This document shows positions 47,901 through 62,236 of a DNA stretch of 64,000 nucleotides, piece by piece. The stretch's first letter is position 1. Every line of letters starts with the position of its first letter. A program made the translations under genes and the position numbers. Source of the stretch: Centroscyllium fabricii (taxonomy: Eukaryota); NCBI GenBank assembly GCA_051313645.2, contig JBNRSN020000028.1:15128001-15192000 (forward strand), in the 5' to 3' direction. The notes under the pieces were generated by a model, which was given only the letters and a program-made list of their open reading frames with translations, was not told the origin of the DNA and did no database searches.

Positions 47901-50900
47901 GAGCGTGTTGTCAGTGTGTCTTGTATTAGCAGGAGTCCGTGGTAAGGAGGGGATTGAGTGTGCTGTCAGTGTGTCTTGTATTAGCAGGAGTCCGTGGTAA
48001 GGAGGGGATTGAGTGTGCTGTCAGTGTGTCTTGTATTAGCAGGAGTCCGTGGTGAGGAGGGGATTGAGTGTGCTGTCAGTGTGTCTTGTATTAGCAGGGT
48101 CCGTGGTGAGGAGGGGATTGAGGGTGTTGTCAGTGTGTCTTGTATTAGCAGGAGTCCGTGGTGAGGAGGGGATTGAGTGTGTTGTCAGTGTGTCTTGTAT
48201 TAGCAGGAGTCCGTGGTAAGGAGGGGATTGAGTGTGTTGTCAGTGTGTCTTGTATTAGCAGGAGTCCGTGGTGAGGAGGGGATTGAGGGTGTTGTCAGTG
48301 TGTCTTGTATTAGCAGGAGTCCGTGGTGAGGAGGGGATTGAGTGTGTTGTCAGTGTGTCTTGTATTAGCAGGTGTCCGTGGTGAGGAGGACATTGAGTGT
48401 GTTGTCAGTGTGTCTTGTATTAGCAGGGGTCCGTGTTGAGGAGGGGATTGATTGTGTTGTCAGTGTGTCTTGTATTAGCAGGAGTCCGTGGTGAGATGGG
48501 GATTGAGTGTGTTGTCACTGTGTCTTGTGTTAGCAGGAGTCCGTGTTAAGGAGGGGATTAAGTGTGTTGCCAGTGGGTCTTGTATTAGCAGGATCCGTGG
48601 TGAGGAGGGGATTGAGTGTGTTGTCAGTGTGTCTTGTATCAACAGGTGTCCGTGGTGAGGAAGGGAATGAGTGTGTTGTCAGTGTGTCTTGTATCAGCAG
48701 GAGTCCGTGGTGAGGAGGGGATTGAGTGTGTTGTCAGGGTGTCTTGTATTAGCAGGAGTCCGTGGTGAGATGAGGATTGAGTGTGTTGCCAGTGGGTCTT
48801 GTATTAGCAGGGTACGTGGTGAGGAGGGGATTGAGTGTGTTGTCAGTGTGTCTTGTATTAGCAGGAGTCCGTGGTGAGGAGGCGATTGAGCGTGTTGTCA
48901 GTGTGTCTTGTATTAGCAGGAGTCCGTGGTTAGGAGGGGATTGAGTGTGTTGTCAGTGTGTCTTGTATCAGCAGGGTCCGTGGTGAGGAGGGGATTGACT
49001 GTGTTGTCAGTGTGTCTTGTATTAGCAGGGGTCCGTGTTGAGGAGGGGATTGAGTGTGTTGTCAGTGTGTCTTGTATTAGCAGGGGTCCGTGTTGAGGAG
49101 GGGATTGAGTTTGTTGTCAGTGTGTCTTGTATTAGCAGGAGTCCGTGTTGAGGAGGGGATTGAGTGTGTTGTCAGTGTGTCTTGTATTAGAGGAGTCCGT
49201 GGTGAGATGGGGATTGAGTGTGTTGTCACTGTGTCTTGTATTAGCAGGAGTCCGTGTTAAGGAGGGGATTGAGTGTGTTGCCAGTGGGTCTTGTATTAGC
49301 AGGAGTCCGTGTTGAGGAGGGGATTGAGTGTGTTGTCAGTGTGTCTTGTATTAGCAGGAGTCCGTGGTGAGGAGCGGATTGTGTGCGTTGTCAGTGTGTC
49401 TTGTATTAGCAGGAGTCCGTGGTGAGGAGGGGATTGTGTGTGTTGTCAGTGTGTCTTGTATTAGCAGGAGTCCGTGGTGAGGAGGGGATTGTGTGTGTTG
49501 TCAGTGTGTCTTGTATTAGCAGGAGTCCGTGGTGAGGAGGGGATTGAATGTGTTGTCAGTGTGTCTTATATTAGCAGGAGTCCGTGGTGAGATGGGGATT
49601 GAGTGTGTTGTCAGTGTGTCTTGTATTAGCATGGTCCGTGGTGAGGAGGGGATTGAGTGTGTTGTCAGTGTGTCTTGTATTAGCAGGAGTCCGTGGTGAG
49701 ATGGGGATTGAGTGTGTTGTCAGTGTGTCTTGTATTAGCAGGAGTCCGTGGGGAGATGGGGATTGAGTGTGTTGTCAGTGTGTCTTGTATTAGCAGGAGT
49801 CCGTGGTGAGGAGGGGATTGAGTGTGTTGTCAGTGTGTCTTGTATTAGCAGGAGTCCGTGGTGAGATGGGGATTGAGTGTTTTGTCAGTGTGTCTTGTAT
49901 TAGCAGGGTCCGTGTTGAGGAGGGGATTGAGGGTGTTGTCAGTGTGTCTTTTATTAGCAGGGTCCGTGTTGAGGAGGGAATTGAGTGTGTTGTCAGTGTG
50001 TGTTGTATTTGCAGGGTCCGTGGTGAGGAGGGGATTGAGTGTGTTGTCAGTGTGTCTTGTATTAGCAGGGTCCGTGGTGCGGAGGGGATGAGTGTGTTGT
50101 CAGTGTGTCTTGAATTAGCAGGGGTCCGTGGTGAGGAGGTGATTGAGTGTGTTGTCAGTGTGTCTTGTATTAGCAGGGTCCGTGGTGAGATGGGGATTGA
50201 GGGTGTTGTAAGTGTGTCTTCTATTAGCAGGAGTCCATGGTGAGGAGGGGATTGAGTGTGTTGCCAGTGGGTCTTGTATTAGCAGGGTCCGTGGTGAGGA
50301 GGTGATTGAGTGTGTTGCCAGTGGGTCTTGTATTAGCAGGGTCCGTGGTGAGGAGGTGATTGAGTGTGTTGCCAGTGGGTCTTGTATCAGCAGGGGTCCG
50401 TGGTGAGGAGCGGATTGAGTGTGTTGTAAGTGTGTCTTGTATTAGCAGGAGTCCGTGGTGAGGAGGGGTTTGAGAGTGTTGTCAGTGTGTCTTGTATTAG
50501 CAGGAGTCCGTGGCGAGGAGGGGATTAAGTGTGTTGTCAGTGTGTCTTGTATTAGCAGGAGTCCGTGGTTAGGAGGGGATTGAGTGTGTTGTCAGTGTGT
50601 CTTGTATTAGCAGGGTCCGTGGTGAGGAGGGGATTAAGTGTGTTGTCAGTGTGTCTTGTATTAGCAGGAGTCCGTGGTGAGGAGGGGATTAAGTGTGTTG
50701 TCAGTGTGTCTTGTATTAGCAGGAGTCCGTGGTGAGGAGGGGATTAAGTGTGTTGTCAGTGTGTCTTGTATTAGCAGGGGTCCGTGGTGAGGAGGGGATT
50801 GAGTGTGTTGTCAGTGTGTCTTGTATCAGCAGGGTCCGTGGTGAGGAGGGGATTGAGTGTGTTGTCAGTGTGTCTTGTATTAGCAGGAGTCCGTGTTGAG

Positions 50901-53900
50901 GAGGAGATTGAGTGTGTTGTCAGTGTGTCTTGTATTAGCAGGGGTCCGGGTTGAGGAGGGGATTGAGTTTGTTGTCAGTGTGTCTTGTATTAGCAGGAGT
51001 CCGTGTTGAGGAGGGGATTGAGTGTGTTGTCAGTGTGTCTTGTATTAGAGGAGTCCGTGGTGAGATGGTGATTGAGTGTGTTGTCACTGTGTCTTGTATT
51101 AGCAGGAGTCCGTGTTACGGAGGGGATTGAGTGTGTTGCCAGTGGGTCTTGTATTAGCAGGGTCCGTGGTGAGGAGGGGATTGAGTGTGTTGTCAGTGTG
51201 TCTTGTATCAGCAGGTGTCCGTGGTGAGGAAGGGATTGAGTGTGTTGTCAGTGTGTCTTGTAGTAGCAGGAGTCCGTGGTGAGGAGGGGATTGAGCGTGT
51301 TGTCAGTGTGTCTTGTATTAGCAGGAGTCCGTGTTGAGGAGGGGATTGAGTTTGTTGCCAGTGTGTCTTGTATCAGCAGGAGTCCGTGGTGAGGAGGGGA
51401 TTGAGTGTGTTGTGAGTGTGTCTTGTATTAGCAGGAGTCCGTGGTGAGATGAGGATTGAGTGTGTTGCCACTGGGTCTTGTATTGGCAGGGTACGTGGTG
51501 AGGAGGGGATTGAGTGTGTTGTCAGTGTGTCTTGTATCAGCAGGAGTCCGTGGTGAGGAGGGGATTGAGCGTGTTGTCAGTGTGTCTTGTATTAGCAGGA
51601 GTCCGTGGTGAGGAGGGGATTGAGCGTGTTGTCAGTGTGTCTTGTATTAGCAGGAGTCCGTGGTAAGGAGGGGATTGAGTGTGCTGTCAGTGTGTCTTGT
51701 ATTAGCAGGAGTCCGTGGTAAGGAGGGGATTGAGTGTGCTGTCAGTGTGTCTTGTATTAGCAGGAGTCCGTGGTGAGGAGGGGATTGAGTGTGCTGTCAG
51801 TGTGTCTTGTATTAGCAGGGTCCGTGGTGAGGAGGGGATTGAGGGTGTTGTCAGTGTGTCTTGTATTAGCAGGAGTCCGTGGTGAGGAGGGGATTGAGTG
51901 TGTTGTCAGTGTGTCTTGTATTAGCAGGAGTCCGTGGTAAGGAGGGGATTGAGTGTGTTGTCAGTGTGTCTTGTATTAGCAGGAGTCCGTGGTGAGGAGG
52001 GGATTGAGGGTGTTGTCAGTGTGTCTTGTATTAGCAGGAGTCCGTGGTGAGGAGGGGATTGAGTGTGTTGTCAGTGTGTCTTGTATTAGCAGGTGTCCGT
52101 GGTGAGGAGGAGATTGAGTGTGTTGTCAGTGTGTCTTGTATTAGCAGGGGTCCGTGTTGAGGAGGGGATTGAGTGTGTTGTCAGTGTGTCTTGTATTAGC
52201 AGGAGTCCGTGGTGAGATGGGGATTGAGTGTGTTGTCACTGTGTCTTGTGTTAGCAGGAGTCCGTGTTAAGGAGGGGATTAAGTGTGTTGCCAGTGGGTC
52301 TTGTATTAGCAGGGTACGTGGTGAGGAGGGGATTGAGTGTGTTGTCAGTGTGTCTTGTATCAACAGGTGTCCGTGGTGAGGAAGGGAATGAGTGTGTTGT
52401 CAGTGTGTCTTGTATTAGCAGGAGTCCGTGGTGAGATGAGGATTGAGTGTGTTGCCAGTGGGTCTTGTATTAGCAGGGTACGTGGTGAGGAGGGGATTGA
52501 GTGTGTTGTCAGTGTGTCTTGTATTAGCAGGAGTCCGTGGTGAGGAGGCGATTGAGCGTGTTGTCAGTGTGTCTTGTATTAGCAGGAGTCCGTGGTTAGG
52601 AGGGGATTGAGTGTGTTGTCAGTGTGTCTTGTATCAGCAGGGTCCGTGGTGAGGAGGGGATTGACTGTGTTGTCAGTGTGTCTTGTATTAGCAGGGGTCC
52701 GTGTTGAGGAGGGGATTGAGTGTGTTGTCAGTGTGTCTTGTATTAGCAGGGGTCCGTGTTGAGGAGGGGATTGAGTTTGTTGTCAGTGTGTCTTGTATTA
52801 GCAGGAGTCCGTGTTGAGGAGGGGATTGAGTGTGTTGTCAGTGTGTCTTGTATTAGAGGAGTCCGTGGTGAGATGGGGATTGAGTGTGTTGTCACTGTGT
52901 CTTGTATTAGCAGGAGTCCGTGTTAAGGAGGGGATTGAGTGTGTTGCCAGTGGGTCTTGTATTAGCAGGAGTCCGTGTTGAGGAGGGGATTGAGTGTGTT
53001 GTCAGTGTGTCTTGTATTAGCAGGGGTCCGTGTTGAGGAGGGGATTGAGTGTGTTGTCAGTGTGTCTTGTATTAGAGGAGTCCGTGGTGAGATGGGGATT
53101 GAGTGTGTTGTCACTGTGTCTTGTATTAGCAGGAGTCCGTGTTAAGGAGGGGATTGAGTGTGTTGCCAGTGGGTCTTGTATTAGCAGGCTCCGTGGTGAG
53201 GAGGGGATTGAGTGTGTTGTCAGTGTGTCTTGTATCAGCAGGTGTCCGTGGTGAGGAAGGGATTGAGTGTGTTGTCAGTGTGTCTTGTAGTAGCAGGAGT
53301 CCGTGGTGAGGAGGGGATTGAGCGTGTTGTCAGTGTGTCTTGTATTAGCAGGAGTCCGTGTTGAGGAGGGGATTGAGTTTGTTGCCAGTGTGTCTTGTAT
53401 CAGCAGGAGTCCGTGGTGAGGAGGGGATTGACTGTGTTGTCAGTGTGTCTTGTATTAGCAGGAGTCCGTGGTGAGGAAGGGATTGAGTGTGTTGTCAGTG
53501 TGTCTTGTATCAGCAGGTGTCCGTGGTGAGGAAGGGATTGAGTGTGTTGTCAGTGTGTCTTGTAGTAGCAGGAGTCCGTGGTGAGGAGGGGATTGAGCGT
53601 GTTGTCAGTGTGTCTTGTATTAGCAGGAGTCCGTGTTGAGGAGGGGATTGAGTGTGTTGTCAGTGGGTCTTGTATTAGCAGGAGTCCGTGGTGAGATGAG
53701 GATTGAGTGTGTTGCCAGTGGGTCTTGTATTAGCAGGAGTCCGTGTTAAGGAGGGGATTGAGTGTGTTGACAGTGGGTCTTGTATTAGCAGGGTCCGTGG
53801 TGGGGAGGGGATTGAGTGTGTTGTCAGTGTGTCTTGTATCAGCAGGTGTCCGTGGTGAGGAAGGGATTGAGTGTGTTGTCAGTGTGTCTTGTATCAGCAG

Positions 53901-56900
53901 GAGTCCGTGGTGAGGAGGGGATTGAGTGTGTTGTCAGTGTGTCTTGTATTAGCAGGAGTCCGTGGTGAGATGAGGATTGAGTGTGTTGCCAGTGGGTCTT
54001 GTATTAGCAGGGTACGTGGTGAGGAGGGGATTGAGTGTGTTGTCAGTGTGTCTTGTATTAGCAGGGTCCGTGGTGAGGAGGGGATTAAGTGTGTTGTCAG
54101 TGTGTCTTGTATTAGCAGGAGTCCGTGGTTAGGAGGGGATTGAGTGTGTTGTCAGTGTGTCTTGTATTAGCAGGTGTCCGTGGTGAGGAGGGGATTGAGT
54201 GTGTTGTCAGTGTGTCTTGTATCAGCAGGGTCCGTGGTGAGGAGGGGATTGAGTGTGTTGTCAGTGTGTCTAGTATCAGCAGGGTCCGTGGTGAGGAGGG
54301 GATTGACTGTGTTGTCAGTGTGTCTTGTATTAGCAGGAGTCCGTGGTGAGGAGGAGATTGAGTGTGTTGTCAGTGTGTCTTGTATTAGAGGAGTCCGTGG
54401 TGAGATGGGGATTGAGTGTGTTGTCACTGTGTCTTGTATTAGCAGGAGTCCGTGTTAAGGAGGGGATTGAGTGTGTTGCCAGTGGGTCTTGTATTAGCAG
54501 GCTCCGTGGTGAGGAGGGGATTGAGTGTGTTGTCAGTGTGTCTTGTATCAGCAGCTGTCCGTGGTGAGGAAGGGATTGAGTGTGTTGTCAGTGTGTCTTG
54601 TAGTAGCAGGAGTCCGTGGTGAGGAGGGGATTGAGCGTGTTGTCAGTGTGTCTTGTATTAGCAGGAGTCCGTGTTGAGGAGGGGATTGAGTTTGTTGCCA
54701 GTGTGTCTTGTATCAGCAGGAGTCCGTGGTGAGGAGGGGATGACTGTGTTGTCAGTGTGTCTTGTATTAGCAGGAGTCCGTGGTGAGATGAGGATTGAGT
54801 GTGTTGCCAGTGGGTCTTGTATTAGCAGGGTACGTGGTGAGGAGGGGATTGAGTGTGTTGTCAGTGTGTCTTGTATCAGCAGGAGTCCGTGGTGAGGAGG
54901 GGATTGAGCGTGTTGTCAGTGTGTCTTGTATTAGCAGGAGTCCGTGGTGAGGAGGGGACTGAGCGTGTTGTCAGTGTGTCTTGTATTAGCAGGAGTCCGT
55001 GGTAAGGAGGGGATTGAGTGTGCTCTCAGTGTGTCTTGTATTAGCAGGGGTCCGTGGTGAGGATGGGATTGAGGGTGTTGTCAGTATGTCTTGTATTAGC
55101 AGGAGTCCGTGGTGAGGAGGGGATTGAGTGTGTTGTCAGTGTGTCTTGTATTAGCAGGAGTCCGTGGTGAGGAGGAGATTGAGTGTGTTGTCAGTGTGTC
55201 TTGTATTAGCAGGGGTCCGTGTTGAGGAGGGGATTGAGTTTGTTGTCAGTGTGTCTTGTATCAGCAGGAGTCCGTGTTGAGGAGGGGATTGAGTGTGTTG
55301 TCAGTGTGTCTTGTATTAGAGGAGTCCGTGGTGAAATGGGGATTGAGTGTGTTGTCACTGTGTCTTGTATTAGCAGGAGTCCGTGTTAAGGAGGGGATTG
55401 AGTGTGTTGCCAGTGGGTCTTGTATTAGCAGGGTCCGTGGTGGGGAGGGGATTGAGTGTGTTGTCAGTGTGTCTTGTATCAGCAGGTGTCCGTGGTGAGG
55501 AAGGGATTGAGTGTGTTGTCAGTGTGTCTTGTATCAGCAGGAGTCCGTGGTGAGGAGGGGATTGAGTGTGTTGTCAGTGTGTCTTGTATTAGCAGGAGTC
55601 CGTGGTGAGATGAGGATTGAGTGTGTTGCCAGTGGGTCTTGTATTAGCAGGGTACGTGGTGAGGAGGGGATTGAGTGTGTTGTCAGTGTGTCTTGTATTA
55701 GCAGGAGTCCGTGGTGAGGAGGGGATTGAGCGTGTTGTCAGTGTGTCTTGTATTAGCAGGAGTCCGTGGTGAGGAGGCGATTGAGCGTGTTGTCAGTGTG
55801 TCTTGTATTAGCAGGAGTCCGTGGCGAGGAGGGGATTAAGTGTGTTGTCAGTGTGTCTTGTATTAGCAGGAGTCCGTGGTTAGGAGGGGATTGAGTGTGT
55901 TGTCAGTGTGTCTTGTATTAGCAGGGGTCCGTGGTGAGGAGGGGATTGAGTGTGTTGCCAGTGGGTCTTGTATTAGCAGGGGTCCGTGGTGAGGAGGGGA
56001 TTGAGCGTGTTGTCAGTGTGTCTTGTATTAGCAGGGGTCCGTGGTGAGGAGGGGATTGAGTGTGTTGTCAGTGTGTCTTGTATTAGCAGGGGTCCGTGGT
56101 GAGGAGAGGATTGAGTGTGTTGTCACAGTGTCTTGTATTAGCAGGAGTCCGTGGTGAGCAGGGGATTGAGTGTGTTGTCAGTGTGTCTTGTATCAGCAGG
56201 GTCCGTGGTGAGGAGGGGATTGAGTGTGTTGTCAGTGTGTCTTGTATTAGCAGGAGTCCATGGTGAGGAGGGGATTGAGTGTGTTGCCAGTGGGTCTTGT
56301 ATTAGCAGGGTCCGTGGTGAGGAGGTGATTGAGTGTGTTGCCAGTGGGTCTTGTATCAGCAGGGGTCCGTGGTGAGGAGCGGATTGAGTGTGTTGTAAGT
56401 GTGTCTTGTATTAGCAGGAGTCCGTGGTGAGGAGGGGATTGAGTGTGTTGTCAGTGTGTCTTGTATTAGCAGGGGTCCGTGGTGAGGAGGGGATTGAGGG
56501 TGTTGTCAGTGTGTCTTGTATTAGCAGGAGTCCGTGGCGAGGAGGGGATTAAGTGTGTTGTCAGTGTGTCTTGTATTAGCAGGAGTCCGTGGTTAGGAGG
56601 GGATTGAGTGTGTTGTCAGTGTGTCTTGTATTAGCAGCGGTCCGTGGTGAGGAGGGGATTGAGTGTGTTGTCAGTGTGTCTTGTATCAGCAGGGTCCGTG
56701 GTGAGGAGTGGATTGAGTGTGTTGTCAGTGTGTCTTGTATTAGCAGGAGTCCGTGGTGAGGAGGAGATTGAGTGTGTTGTCAGTGTGTCTTGTATTACCA
56801 GGGGTCCGGGTTGAGGAGGGGATTGAGTTTGTTGTCAGTGTGTCTTGTATTAGAGGAGTCCGTGGTGAGGAGGAGATTGAGTGTGTTGTCAGTGTGTCTT

Positions 56901-59728
56901 GTATTACCAGGAGTCCGTGTTGAGGAGGGTATTGAGTGTGTTGTCAGTGTGTCTTGTATTACCAGGAGTCCGTGTTGAGGAGGGGATTGAGTGTGTTGTC
57001 AGTGTGTCTTGTATTAGAGGAGTCCGTGGTGAGATGGGGATTGAGTGTGTTTTCACTGTGTCTTGTATTAGCAGGAGTCCGTGTTAAGGAGGGGATTGAG
57101 TGTGTTGCCAGTGGGTCTTGTATTAGCAGTGTCCGTGGTGAGGAGGGGATTGAGTTTGTTGTCAGTGTGTCTTGTAGTAGCAGGAGTCCGTGGTGAGGAG
57201 GGGATTGAGCGAGTTGTCAGTGTGTCTTGTATTAGCAGGAGTCCGTGTTGAGGAGGGGATTGAGTTTGTTGCGAGTGTGTCTTGTATCAGCAGGAGTCCG
57301 TGTTGAGGAGGGGATTGAGTGTGTTGTCAGTGTGTCTTGTATTAGCAGGAGTCCGTGGTGAGATGAGGATTGAGTGTGTTGCCAGTGGGTCTTGTATTAG
57401 CAGGGGTACGTGGTGAGGAGGGGATTGAGTGTGTTGTCAGTGTGTCTTGTATCAGCAGGAGTCCGTGGTGAGGAGGAGATTGAGCGTGTTGTCAGTGTGT
57501 CTTGTATTAGCAGGAGTCCGTGGTGAGGAGGGGATTGAGGGTGTTGTCAGTGTGTCATGTATTAGCAGGAGTCCGTGGTGAGGAGGTGATTGAGTGTGTT
57601 GTCAGTGTGTCTTGTATTAGCAGGGGTCCGTGTTGAGGAGGGGATTGAGTGTGTTGTCAGTGTGTCTTGCATTAGCAGGGGTCCGTGTTGAGGAGGGGAT
57701 TGAGTGTGTTGTCAGTGTGTCTTGTATTAGCAGGGGTCCGTGTTGAGGAGGGGATTGAGTTTGTTGTCAGTGTGTCTTGTATTAGCAGGAGTCCGTGTTG
57801 AGGAGGGGATTGAGTGTGTTGTCAGTGTGTCTTGTATTAGAGGAGTCCGTGGTGAGATGGGGATTGAGTGTGTTGTCACTGTGTCTTGTATTAGCAGGAG
57901 TCCGTGTTAAGGAGGGGATTGAGTGTGTTGCCAGTGGGTCTTGTATTAGCAGGAGTCCGTGTTGAGGAGGGGATTGAGTGTGTTGTCAGTGTGTCTTGTA
58001 TTAGCAGGGGTCCGTGTTGAGGAGGGGATTGAGTGTGTTGTCAGTGTGTCTTGTATTAGAGGAGTCCGTGGTGAGATGGGGATTGAGTGTGTTGTCACTG
58101 TGTCTTGTATTAGCAGGAGTCCGTGTTAAGGAGGGGATTGAGTGTGTTGCCAGTGGGTCTTGTATTAGCAGGATCCGTGGTGAGGAGGGGATTGAGTGTG
58201 TTGTCAGTGTGTCTTGTATCAACAGGTGTCCGTGGTGAGGAAGGGATTGAGTGTGTTGTCAGTGTGTCTTGTATCAGCAGGAGTCCGTGGTGAGGAGGGT
58301 ATTGAGTGTGTTGTCAGTGTGTCTTGTATTAGCAGGAGTCCGTGGTGAGATGAGGATTGAGTGTGTTGTCAGTGTGTCTTGTATCAGCAGGGTCCGTGGT
58401 GAGGATGGGATTGACTGTGTTGTCAGTGTGTCTTGTATTAGCCGGAGTCCGTGGTGAGGAGGAGATTGAGTGTGTTGTCAGTGTGTCTTGTATTAGCAGG
58501 GGTCCGTGGTGAGGAGGGGATTGAGTGTGTTGTCAGTGTGTCTTATATCAGCAGGGTCCGTGGTGAGGATGGGATTGACTGTGTTGTCAGTGTGTCTTGT
58601 ATTAGCCGGAGTCCGTGGTGAGGAGGAGATTGAGTGTGTTGTCAGTGTGTCTTGTATTAGCAGGGGTCCGTGTTGAGGTGGGGATTGAGTTTGTTGTCAA
58701 TGTGTCTTGTATTAGCAGGAGTCCGTGTTGAGGAGGCGATTGAGTGTGTTGTCAGTGTGTCTTGTATTAGAGGAGTCCGTGGTGAGATGGGGATTGAGTG
58801 TGTTGTCACTGTGTCTTGTATTAGCATGAGTCCGTGTTAAGGAGGGGATTGAGTGTGTTGCCAGTGGGTCTTGTATTAGCAGGCTCCGTGGTGAGGAGGG
58901 GATTGAGTGTGTTGTCAGTGGGTCTTGTATCAGCAGGTGTCCGTGGTGAGGAAGGGATTGAGTGTGTTGTCAGTGTGTCTTGTAGTAGCAGGAGTCCGTG
59001 GTGAGGAGGGGATTGAGCGTGTTGTCAGTGTGTCTTGTATTAGCAGGAGTCCGTGTTGAGGAGGTGATTGAGTTTGTTGCCAGTGTGTCTTATATCAGCA
59101 GGAGTCCGTGGTGAGGAGGGGATTGAGCGTGTTGTCAGTGTGTCTTGTATTAGCAGGAGTCCGTGTTGAGGAGGTGATTGAGTTTGTTGCCAGTGTGTCT
59201 TATATCAGCAGGAGTCCGTGGTGAGATGAGGATTGAGTGTGTTGCCAGTGGGTCTTGTATTAGCAGGGTACGTGGTGAGGAGGGGATTGAGTGTGTTGTC
59301 AGTGTGTCTTTTATCAGCAGGAGTTCGTGGTGAGGAGGGGATTGAGCGTGTTGTCAGTGTGTCTTGTATTAGCAGGAGTCCGTGGTGAGGAGGGGATTGA
59401 GCGTGTTGTCAGTGTGTCTTGTATTAGCAGGAGTCCGTGGTAAGGAGGGGATTGAGTGTGCTGTCAGTGTGTCTTGTATTAGCAGGGGTCCGTGGTGAGG
59501 ATGGGATTGAGTGTGTTGTCAGTATGTCTTGTATTAGCAGGAGTCCGTGGTGAGGAGGGGATTGAGTGTGTTGTCAGTGTGTCTTGTATTAGCAGGGGTC
59601 CGTGGTGAGGATGGGATTGAGTGTGTTGTCAGTGTGTCTTGTATTAGCAGGAGTCCGTGTTGAGGAGGAGATTGAGTGTGTTGTCAGTGTGTCTTGAATT
59701 AACAGGGGTCCGTGTTGAGGAGGGGATT
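44998..59728 (+). repeat. 55-bp satellite (GAGGAGGGGATTGAGTGTGTTGTCAGTGTGTCTTGTATTAGCAGGAGTCCGTGGT)n, about 14.7 kb, roughly 270 units, with higher-order duplication
   Basis: Tandem 54/55-bp units seen directly. Variant blocks recur about 3.7 kb apart. Confidence 0.97.
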
Positions 59729-61644
59729 CCACAGAGAGACCAGAGAAAATCTTCCCCTGGTGTGACCCCAGCAGAAGGTTAATCAAACCCGACCCCCGTC
59801 AACCACCTCAGTCTGATTACTGACAGTGAGTGAAATAAAATGAAGATCTTTATCTACATTCATTTCGATGTAATATCTCACCGCCATCAGCCGACTGTGT
59901 TGGCAATCGCTCGGAGGGAATTATGAGCCTTTCCCTAAACATCAGCTGGACCAGTTAAATTAAAGTCTGCCTGAAACTAACAGGAGGCGCGGAAATTAAT
60001 CACACGGGGAGGGAAATGGCGGTTGTTCGCAGTCAACCTCCTTTCCCCTCTGGTTCACAACAACACGTGTCGAGTAAGCAGGAGACTCGGTAATGGAGAA
60101 CACGGAACAGACCTTATTGATGCTCAGGAAAGGTGACCAGCCTTTAATTCTATACACACACTGGCTGTTTCGGTTCAGTATCTTTCGAGAACACGCGGAA
60201 ATACTGTTGATAACCACGATCCTTTATACACCATGTTTGACTACATCAATGGAAAATGTCATAGATAAGCCTAGATGACGTATCTTAGTTTCCAAATCCT
60301 TTGAAAGCAGAATATTGATGTAAAAAGTTTGCAATTGTTTAGCTCAGAACGACTCCCCTACACGACACTTCCTGACGGTAACAGTTACTAGTATCTCTGA
60401 AGTAACAGTTTTAACAACTGCCCCCTGTAGCTAATGGATCTCAACTAACCATGTTTATTACCCTGAAACTAATCCGCTCATGGGTGACATCATTACTATC
60501 ACTTATTCCCTGACACAAGCACTTTACATCTCAGGAAACAAGCACTACATTCTTTCTACGACACTTCAAATTTATCCTGTTCATATCTTGGATAGCCTGG
60601 AAGCGTTAATACCAGATACAAAGAAGATCGACTGTTAACCCGTAACTTCCCAAGATGTCCAACACACATCTCTCCAGACTGTCCAACAGTGGTTACTGAC
60701 ACGGGACAAACTCCTCACTCGCCTTACAATCTTGTCTCTCTGAGTGTATCGTCCAGTCCATATTTTAATATATAAGGTATTTTATTCAAACTGTAGCTTT
60801 ACAAAACTACCAAAAATGTCACTTAGCAGTTGCTTTAAGATTTGCAGTTTAAGGAAATCATTCATGAGCTTTGGTGGAGAGAGATTGTGACGATAAAAAC
60901 AAGACCGCACAAGAGGGAGGGGGTATTTTACTGAATACCAGGAACACAACACAAATATAAACAGGTTTAAAATGTTGCTGGTTTTCAACATCTGATGAAT
61001 AACAGGGGACTGATTGTGGAGGAAGCAGCGAGAAACATATGAGCACGGCGCCCTCTGGCGGATATAATGTGAAGTTTTATAATTTTTCGATCCTGGGTGA
61101 AAACAGACAATGTGTCGATGGGGCAGTTTCCAGTGCTCATTTATAGTGAGACGTCTTGCGGTGATGCTGATGGCGAATGTAGATCCTTTGACATCAACAA
61201 TACAGCGACAGAAACATTAATCAGATCAATTCGAGCTCGGAAACTGACAGCTTGCGCACGCGGATTTAACTCTTTCTGATCTGCAAAATAAACAACTCAC
61301 AACCCGCTTTCACAACAACTGACTTTCATTTCTTTTCAGTTCTACTGGTGCCAGATGCTCCTGACCATTCAGCACAGGCCCCAAACAGTCTGTATGTTTT
61401 TCCTCCTGCATTTCCCGGTGTCCAGTGATTCCTTTCTCTGCACTGTGGGAATCCTGATACAAACTGGGCCCCTGCTCAGGGGGAACAAGCAACCGAGGAC
61501 CCAACAGACCGCTGTCCGTCTGTCTCTCAGTCATCAGCCTGGTTACCACCATGAAATCCTTTGATTCATCTATATATATAATATTAATAAAGTTAAATAT
61601 GAATAGCAATAAAAAGTTTAAGGTCTAATCTACAAATACCAGCT

Positions 61645-62065
61645 ATCAGCCGTGGCTCAGTTTGTAGAACTGTCGCCTCTGAGTCAGGAGGTTGTGGGTT
61701 CAAATCCCACTCCACAGACTTGAGCACAAAGTGCTCGGCCCATCCTCCCGATGTCAGTACTGAGGGAGTGCTGCACCCTCGGAGGAGTCACCTTTCGGAC
61801 AGGTTGTTAACCTGAGGCCCTGTCTGCTCTCTCAAGCGGACCTAATAGATCCCAATATTTCTAAAAAGAGGAGCGGAGTTCCCCTGGTGTCCTGGCCAAT
61901 CATAATCTCTCGATCGACGTCAGCAAACATATTATCTAGGCATTATGACGTCACTGTTTGTGTGATGCTGCTGGGCCGCGACTCATGTTCCAAAGTATTT
62001 CATTGGCTGTTAAGCAATTGGGGACGTCGTGAAAGGCGCTCTATCAATTCTCTTTATTACTTACT
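61645..62065 (+). mobile_element. DeuSINE, second copy
   Basis: cgtggctcagtttgtag..ggttcaaatcccact..ccctggtgtcctggccaat..gtgaaaggcgct. Confidence 0.75.
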
Positions 62066-62236
62066 TTGCTCGTGTAACAGCGTTTGTAACTTTTATTATA
62101 TATTAATTGTTAATTAAAGGAAATGCGTGTTAGAATTAACAGTAGAAAGTCTAACCATAAATACAGGGACCAGCTGAGACCCGCCCCTGATCACAATGTT
62201 TCCCTGACGCGCTGATATGTTGAGCGAGGCTCTGAC

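Noticed and set aside
44998-59728. CRISPR array or repeat-protein genes in the 55-bp (and 48-bp) arrays
   Set aside because: Units are head-to-tail with no unique spacers, there are no cas genes, and the context is vertebrate.
61441-61447. Isolated perfect heptamer (also at 11513 in the SINE head and at 29223)
   Set aside because: No nonamer at 12 or 23 bp and no convincing coding segment adjacent. Expected by chance.
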